Origin: Candidatus Latescibacterota bacterium
GTDB lineage: Bacteria > Latescibacterota > UBA2968 > UBA8231
Length of the DNA stretch: 64,000 nt
NCBI GenBank assembly: GCA_965221775.1
Contig: CBDCSU010000006.1
Span: 1,856,001 to 1,920,000, forward strand
Direction: 5' to 3'
The first letter of the stretch is position 1. Every line of letters starts with the position of its first letter. The notes under the pieces were generated by a model. The model saw only the letters and a program-made list of their open reading frames with translations, did not search any database and was not told the origin of the DNA. Shown here piece after piece: positions 58,472 through 64,000 of this stretch. The translations under genes were made by a program, and so were the position numbers.

Positions 58472-60010
58472 TCAGAAGGGGGTCCAGTTCGGGTCGCTGT
58501 CCCAGCCCGGGTGATCGGTGATCCGCTCCTCGGCGCCGCCCTCTACCGGGACGATGTAGATGTCGTATCCCACGTCGGCATCCCGGTCCTCGAGTCCGAA
58601 AGCGATGCGGGTGCCGTCGGGGGACCAGGTTGGGCTCCAGACCCGGGCCTCGGCGAAGGTCACCTGCCGGGCGCCGCTGCCGTCGGCGGCCATCACCCAA
58701 ACGTGGCTGGTGCGATTGAAGTTCTGCACGAAGGCGATCGAGGCGCCGTCGGGGGACCAGGAAGGGTCCGACACCCAATGGTCGCCGGAGAGGCGCCGGT
58801 CGGCGCCGCTGGCCAGGTCGATGCGGTAGATCGCCGGGGGCCGGGGGGCATCCCGCCAGCTGGTGTAGACGATGGAGAGGCCGTCGGGGGACCAGGCCGG
58901 ATCCCAGGCATCCACGGGATCGAAGGTCAGTTGCCGCACACCCGAGCCGTCGGCATTCATGATGAAGACATCGCTGTTGTAGTGGCCACTTCCCGGGGGC
59001 CTCTCCCGTTCACCGTGGCGATCCGAGGTGAAGGCGATTCGGCGCCCGTCGGGGGACCAGCAGGGGGCCCCGTCCGACGCCTCGTGGCGAGTGAGGTTCT
59101 CGGGCCGGCTGCCGTCGGCTCGCATGACGTAGATCTCGTTGTTGCCATCTCTGTAGGAAGAAAAGGCCACCCTCGACCCGTCGGGGGACCGGGCCGGTTG
59201 CCGGCCGTCGATCAGCCGCACCGTCACGGTTTCCGGCAGCGAGCCGTCCGCAAGCGGCGCCAGGGCCAGCTCGGCGGACAGATTCACCACTTCTCCCGTC
59301 TCCAGGTCCAGGGAGAACAGCTCGGGGTGGGCCTCGAACCCCGTGCCCCGCGTCGAGGAGAACAGCAACTGCGTCTCCTTCAAGGGTGGGACACTATCGT
59401 CATCGCTCGCGCCGGGCTCTCCCGGGGCCTCGAAGTCCACGGTCACGCCCCGCTCGCGCAACCCGTCCAGGAGCCCCGTCGTCTCCGCGCCGCTCAGAGG
59501 ATTCCCGGTCAGGCCCAGGCTCTGCAGGCTGTCCAGCCCCGCGAGGGCGGACACGTCCCGCACCGCGTTGTCCGCCAGCAGCAGCACCTGCAGCCGCTTG
59601 AGGGAGGCCAGCGGCGACACGTCCTCGATGCGGTTGCTCTCCAGATCGAGGAAGCGCAGCCGCTGGAGGCCGGCCAGGGAGGAGATGTCGGTGATCTCGT
59701 TGTGGGACAGGTCCAGGGCCTCGAGCCGGGTGAGCTGCTCGATGCCGCCGAGGTCGGCGATGCCCCGGTCCTCGGCGCTCAGGGAGACCACCTCGACGCC
59801 GGCCCCGGACTCGTCCACGGCCGCCTGCAACGCCGAATCGGCAAAGGCCAGGGTGACGGGACCTCCGGTCCGATCGGAGTCAGGGCCGCTGGGCCGGTCC
59901 GGCTCCGAGCCGCAGCCGGCAAGGGCCAGGGCGATCAGTGCCCCGGCGGCCGCCTTGCCGCGGACCCGGTCCCCGGGGTGATCCCCCGGCCTCTGTGCAC
60001 GCAGGGTCAT
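58472..60010 (-). CDS. Lipoprotein with internalin-like LRRs and TolB-like PD40 propeller
   Basis: Lipobox LAGC; 22-aa repeats L.ALDLSHNEITDISSLAGL; multiple P.WSPDG..IAF repeats. Confidence 0.88.
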   Translation of the reverse strand: MTLRAQRPGDHPGDRVRGKAAAGALIALALAGCGSEPDRPSGPDSDRTGGPVTLAFADSALQAAVDESGAGVEVVSLSAEDRGIADLGGIEQLTRLEALDLSHNEITDISSLAGLQRLRFLDLESNRIEDVSPLASLKRLQVLLLADNAVRDVSALAGLDSLQSLGLTGNPLSGAETTGLLDGLRERGVTVDFEAPGEPGASDDDSVPPLKETQLLFSSTRGTGFEAHPELFSLDLETGEVVNLSAELALAPLADGSLPETVTVRLIDGRQPARSPDGSRVAFSSYRDGNNEIYVMRADGSRPENLTRHEASDGAPCWSPDGRRIAFTSDRHGERERPPGSGHYNSDVFIMNADGSGVRQLTFDPVDAWDPAWSPDGLSIVYTSWRDAPRPPAIYRIDLASGADRRLSGDHWVSDPSWSPDGASIAFVQNFNRTSHVWVMAADGSGARQVTFAEARVWSPTWSPDGTRIAFGLEDRDADVGYDIYIVPVEGGAEERITDHPGWDSDPNWTPF

Positions 60011-60037
60011 GGGCTCAGACAGCAATGGGCCCCAACG

Positions 60038-60075
60038 CGACAAGCCCCCGGCGGTCGATCGTCGGGGGCTTGTCG
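60038..60075 (-). terminator. Hairpin downstream of tRNA-Met
   Basis: Perfect 13-bp inverted repeat CGACAAGCCCCCG / CGGGGGCTTGTCG; weak U tail. Confidence 0.6.
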
Positions 60076-60087
60076 GCACTGGGCATC

Positions 60088-60164
60088 TGGTAGCGGCGCA
60101 GGGACTCGAACCCCGGACACTCGGATTATGATTCCGATGCTCTAACCAGCTGAGCTACGCCGCC
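60088..60164 (-). tRNA. tRNA-Met (CAT), elongator type
   Basis: GGCGGCGTAGCTCAGCTGGTTAGAGCA-TCGGA-ATCATAA-TCCGA-GTGTCCGGGGTTCGAGTCCCTG-CGCCGCTACCA; 77 nt, encoded CCA. Confidence 0.95.
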
Positions 60165-60222
60165 ATCCGTTGGTGGCAGGAACAGATCGAATAAGCGGAC
60201 GGGGCTGAATCGCGGCAAGGGC

Positions 60223-60684
60223 TCACGGGAAGTAGCGCTCGAAGAGCTTGTAGGGCGCCTCGTCCATGCCCATGGAGGCGTAGGTCGCCTGGGCGCGGCC
60301 GTTCCCGCGCTCGACATAGAGCCGCAGGCCGCGCACGTCGCCGTCGGCCTCCGCCTTCTCGCGGACGTGCTCGAAGAGCCGCCGGAAGACGCCCCGCCGC
60401 CGGGCCGCCGCCTCGACGTAGACGCTCTGGATCCACCACAGCCAGCCGTCGCGCCAGTCCGACCACTCGAAGGTGATCAGCAGGCAGCCGACGACGCGGC
60501 CCTCCTGCTCGGCGACGGTGTAGAACCCGGCGGCCGGGTTGGCGAAGAGCCTGCCGAGGCCGCGGCGCACCGTCGCCGGGTCCAGCTCGTGATCCTCGGT
60601 CTCCCGGGCCAGACGGCAGTTGAAGTCGACCAGGGACTCCAGGTCTTCGGGGCGGGCGGCCCGCACGCGCAGGGATCCGTCCAC
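60223..60684 (-). CDS. GNAT family N-acetyltransferase
   Basis: EWSDWR.G..WWIQSVYV...RRRGVF..L, LRLYVE..N..AQ..Y..GM. Confidence 0.92.
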   Translation of the reverse strand: MDGSLRVRAARPEDLESLVDFNCRLARETEDHELDPATVRRGLGRLFANPAAGFYTVAEQEGRVVGCLLITFEWSDWRDGWLWWIQSVYVEAAARRRGVFRRLFEHVREKAEADGDVRGLRLYVERGNGRAQATYASMGMDEAPYKLFERYFP

Positions 60685-60698
60685 GGCTGGGGGCGAGC

Positions 60699-61604
60699 TC
60701 AGGGGGCCTCCTGCAGGATGGCATCGATGCGGGCGAGCTCGCCGGCGTCGAAGGTGACCTCCGCGGCGCCGAGATGCTCCTGCACCTGCTCAAGGCTCTT
60801 GGCGCCCACGAGGACGCAGCTGACCGCCGGCTGCCGCAGGCACCAGGCGATGGCCATCTGCACCAGGGTGAGGCCCTTGCCGGCGGCGATCTCGCCCAGG
60901 CGCCCGGCCACGGCGCAGCAGCGGGCGAAGCTCTCCCCCTGAAAGCGGGAGGAGGTGGAGCGCTCGTCGTCGTCGGGGAAGACGTGGCCGGGGGCGTAAC
61001 GGCCGGTGAGCAGGCCCTTGGCCAGCGGACTGTGGGCGAGATTGCCGACGCCGTTGGCCTCGCACCACGGCAGGTCGTCCGCCTCGATCTGCCGGTGGAG
61101 CATGTTGTAGCAGGGCTGACTGGAGACGAAGGGGGCGGCGGAAGCCGCGGCTTCCATCTGCGCGGCGTTGAAGTTGGAGACGCCGAGGTAGCGGGTCTTG
61201 CCCTCCTCCTGGAGGCGGGCCATGGCGGCCATCGTCGCCTCGATGGGGTCGCGCTCGCCGCGCCAGGAGTGCACCTGGTAGAGGTCGACGTGGTCGACGC
61301 CGAGGGCGCGCAGGGAGTTCTCCATGGCGGCGCGAACCGCGGCCGGGGAGTAGTCGCCGCTGACCTTGGTGGCCAGGAAGCAGCGCTCGCGGTAGCCGTC
61401 GCGCAGGGCCCTGCCGACGATCGACTCGCTCGGGCCGTAGGCCTGGGCCGTGTCCACCAGGGTGACGCCGGCGTCGATGGCGCCGCGCACGGTGCGGACC
61501 GCCTCGGCCTCTTCCATTCGCCCCATGCCGCCCCCGATCGGCCAGGCGCCGAGGCCGATCACCGGGACCCGGGGACCGTCTCTACCGAGACTCCGATACC
61601 GCAT
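60699..61604 (-). CDS. Aldo/keto reductase
   Basis: IGLGAW, DTAQAYG, LATK, SLRALGVDHVDLYQVH, GVSNF, SPLAKGLLTG. Confidence 0.94.
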   Translation of the reverse strand: MRYRSLGRDGPRVPVIGLGAWPIGGGMGRMEEAEAVRTVRGAIDAGVTLVDTAQAYGPSESIVGRALRDGYRERCFLATKVSGDYSPAAVRAAMENSLRALGVDHVDLYQVHSWRGERDPIEATMAAMARLQEEGKTRYLGVSNFNAAQMEAAASAAPFVSSQPCYNMLHRQIEADDLPWCEANGVGNLAHSPLAKGLLTGRYAPGHVFPDDDERSTSSRFQGESFARCCAVAGRLGEIAAGKGLTLVQMAIAWCLRQPAVSCVLVGAKSLEQVQEHLGAAEVTFDAGELARIDAILQEAP

Positions 61605-62820
61605 GCCGCGCCTCCTCTCCGTTCTGCCGCCGCTCGCGCCACGCCAGCCCCGCAAGGGTTGCCGCCACCAAGGCGGTCGCCACCACGGCGGCCAGGTTCA
61701 ACTGGTACCAGCCGATGCGCGCCTCCAGGGCCCCGGACGAGAACGAGGACAGGATCATGGTGGCAAAGATCAGGAAATCGTTGGCCGACTGCACCCGCGT
61801 TTTCTCGCCCTCGCCGGAGTAGGTGCCGGTGAGCAGGCTCGTGCACGAGACGAAGAGGAAGTTCCAGCCCACGCCGAGCAGGGTCAGGCCGGCCATGTAC
61901 CAGGCCACCTCGGTGCCGCCGAGGTTGACGAGGGCGGAGGCCCCGATCAACAGGATGCCGGCGAACATGACGGGGCGCTCGCCGACGCGCTGCACGATGC
62001 TGCCGGTGAAGAAGGAGGGCACGTACATGCCGAGGACGTGCCACTGGATCACCCGCGCCGTGTCGTGGAAGGCGTGGTGGTGGCGCTCCATCGACAGGGG
62101 TGTGGCGTTCATCAGCAGGGACATGAGCCCCCAGCTGGCCACGGCGCCGAGGAGGGCCATGCGGAAGGTGGGATGGGCGGCGATGCGGGTCAGGGGCCGG
62201 CCGCCGGTCGACTCGGAGCGCGGCGTCGGCGGCGGCAGGCGGGTGCAGGACATGACGAGCAGGATCAGCGCCTGCAGGATGACGATGCAGCCGAAGGAGC
62301 CGGCGAACTCGCGGCCCTCCCAGAGGAACCGGGTCTCGGCGGCCATCGTGGAACCTGCCACCGCGGCGATCACCCCGCCGGCCATGACCAGCGAGATGGC
62401 GCGGCTGCGGAACGCCGGCGGCGAGACCTCCGCCGCGGCGAACCGGTAGTAGGTGGCGAAGCCGTTGACCGTGCCGATGAGCAGGGCGCCGGCGCAGAGC
62501 AGGAGGAACTCCCCGCGCCAGGCCGCCGCCGCGGCCACCAGGGCCCCGGCCACGCCGAGGGCGCCACCGGTGAGGAAGCCGATGCGGCGTCCGTGGCGGC
62601 GCATCCAGTGGGCGGCCGGGATCGTGGTCAGGGTTGTGGCCACCGGCACCAAGGCCAGGGGCAGCGTCGTCAGCGAGGGGTCGGGCGTCAGGCGGCTGCC
62701 CGCCAGCCCCATGGTGGTCAGCAGGATGACGGCGGAGGTGCGGGTCAGGGCCTCGCAGACGAAGAGGAGCCCCACCTGCAGGTAGGGGCTGGACGGCGCT
62801 TCGGCCGGGGGGCCGGTCAC
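61582..62820 (-). CDS. MFS transporter
   Basis: About 12 hydrophobic segments, YRFAAAE, R.RAISLVMAGG, IQWHVLGMYVPSFFTG, LLGVGWNFLF; GTGA overlap with aroG. Confidence 0.9.
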   Translation of the reverse strand: MTGPPAEAPSSPYLQVGLLFVCEALTRTSAVILLTTMGLAGSRLTPDPSLTTLPLALVPVATTLTTIPAAHWMRRHGRRIGFLTGGALGVAGALVAAAAAWRGEFLLLCAGALLIGTVNGFATYYRFAAAEVSPPAFRSRAISLVMAGGVIAAVAGSTMAAETRFLWEGREFAGSFGCIVILQALILLVMSCTRLPPPTPRSESTGGRPLTRIAAHPTFRMALLGAVASWGLMSLLMNATPLSMERHHHAFHDTARVIQWHVLGMYVPSFFTGSIVQRVGERPVMFAGILLIGASALVNLGGTEVAWYMAGLTLLGVGWNFLFVSCTSLLTGTYSGEGEKTRVQSANDFLIFATMILSSFSSGALEARIGWYQLNLAAVVATALVAATLAGLAWRERRQNGEEARHAVSESR

Positions 62821-63884
62821 CCGGACCGGCCGGCGCGGCGCTGGCGTACCGCCCCGGCCAGCAACTCCAGGATCTGCGCCGTCTGCTCCCAGGAGATGCA
62901 GGCATCGGTGATGCTCTGACCGAAGACCGGGGCCTGCCCCGGCACCAGGTCCTGGCGGCCCTCCACCAGGTGGCTCTCCATCATGACGCCGAAGAGGTGG
63001 TCCGATCCGCCGGAGATCTGGGCCGCCACTTCCTCGGCGACGGCTGCCTGCCGCAGGTGGTCCTTGTCGCTGTTGCCGTGGCTGCAGTCGATCATCACCC
63101 GGTGGGGCAGATCTTCCTCGTCGAGGCGCGCGGCCAGGGCGTCGACGGTGGCGCGGTCGTAGTTGGGGCCGGAGCCGGCGCCGCGCAGGATCACGTGGCA
63201 GGCGTCGTTGCCGGAGGTGGCCACGATCGCCGAGATCCCCTGCTTGGTGACGGAGAGGAAGTGGTGGGCCCCCCGGGCGGCCTTGATGGCGTCGATGGCC
63301 AGCTGGGTGCTGCCGCCGGTGCCGTTCTTGAAGCCCACCGGCATGGACAGGCCCGAGGCCAGCTCGCGGTGGACCTGGCTCTCGGTGGTGCGGGCGCCGA
63401 TGGCCCCCCAGGAGACGAGGTCGGCGATGAACTGGGGCGTGATGGTGTCGAGGAACTCGGTGCCGGCCCCCAGGCCGCGGTCGGCCAGGTCGAGGAGCAG
63501 CTTGCGGGCGGTGCGCAGGCCCTCGTTGATGCGGAAGGTGTCGTCGAGACCGGGATCGTTGATCAGGCCCTTCCAGCCCACGGTGGTGCGCGGTTTCTCG
63601 AAGTAGACGCGCATGAGGACGAGCAGGTCGCCGGCGAGGGGGCCGGCGGCCTCGATGAGGCGGTCGGCGTACTCGTGGGCGGATTCGGGCTCGTGGATCG
63701 AGCACGGACCGGCGACCACCACCAGGCGGTCGTCCCGGCCCTCGAGAGCGGCGCGGACCTCCTCGCGGCAGCGGCTCACCGTGGCCGAGGCCGGCTCCGA
63801 GACCGGCAGCTCCTCCATGAGGATCGCCGGCGGGATCAGGGGCTTGATCCCGGCGATCCGCAGATCGTCCGTCGGGTGCAGCAT
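62817..63884 (-). CDS. aroG: 3-deoxy-7-phosphoheptulonate (DAHP) synthase, class I-alpha
   Basis: DDRL.V..GPCSIH, RVYFEKPRTTVGWKGLINDP, GAIGARTTESQVHRELASG, DCSHGNS, SITDAC. Confidence 0.93.
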   Translation of the reverse strand: MLHPTDDLRIAGIKPLIPPAILMEELPVSEPASATVSRCREEVRAALEGRDDRLVVVAGPCSIHEPESAHEYADRLIEAAGPLAGDLLVLMRVYFEKPRTTVGWKGLINDPGLDDTFRINEGLRTARKLLLDLADRGLGAGTEFLDTITPQFIADLVSWGAIGARTTESQVHRELASGLSMPVGFKNGTGGSTQLAIDAIKAARGAHHFLSVTKQGISAIVATSGNDACHVILRGAGSGPNYDRATVDALAARLDEEDLPHRVMIDCSHGNSDKDHLRQAAVAEEVAAQISGGSDHLFGVMMESHLVEGRQDLVPGQAPVFGQSITDACISWEQTAQILELLAGAVRQRRAGRSG

Positions 63885-64000
63885 CAACTCTCCTCCGGGG
63901 TGGCGGGTGGTGGCGCGGAGCTGACGGGCGGGCCTTATTCAGCCGCTCGATTCTCGCGATCAAATATAGGAGCGACCATCCATGGGCAGGCCCCGGGCCG

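Noticed and set aside
60088-60164. tRNA(CAT) as initiator Met or Ile2, or as an integration site of a mobile element
   Set aside because: It has a paired 1:72 position and lacks the three consecutive G-C anticodon-stem pairs of initiators, and its overall pattern resembles elongator Met (Ile2 not strictly excluded). I saw no integrase or duplicated tRNA 3' end.

Overview
A GC-rich (roughly 70%), gene-dense bacterial chromosomal segment with about 60 protein-coding loci, one tRNA-Met(CAT), and no CRISPR, rRNA, transposase or prophage that I can see. The gene content includes FlgD-Ig C-terminal sorting domains, a PorV-like barrel, a short FCB-type sigma70, the futalosine menaquinone pathway, three PhyH dioxygenases and an internalin-like LRR protein. 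This suggests an FCB-superphylum organism such as Latescibacterota, possibly host-associated (inference only). Main blocks: (1) MlrC/Gfo-Idh-MocA/UxuA-like catabolic cluster, hemF and cspA. (2) Surface polysaccharide modification genes, TolC, a DksA-like gene, mrp, an M23 peptidase and an RsmF-like methyltransferase. (3) A mostly translationally coupled menG-mqnE-mqnC-mqnA-mqnP-(xylonate dehydratase)-ubiX operon. (4) A histidine kinase plus NtrC-type activator followed by a consensus sigma54 promoter in front of a PTS IIA-like gene and a sigma70 paralog. (5) A metal-uptake locus: RAPP-ending DUF2946-like uORF, His/Asp-rich lipoprotein, and a TonB-dependent receptor collapsed to about 70 codons. 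(6) Secreted proteins, including a frameshifted BNR-FlgD protein and an LTD-cohesin-dockerin-FlgD protein. (7) tRNA-Met, GNAT, AKR, MFS and DAHP synthase. The most notable non-obvious signals are the RAPP arrest-peptide locus with its deleted receptor, the putative sigma54-to-sigma70 cascade, an orphan promoter (tandem NrdR-like boxes plus a sigma54 site) between convergent genes, and the cohesin+dockerin protein. All family assignments come from motif recognition by eye, not from database searches. Several start codons were refined manually from RBS and overlap evidence.
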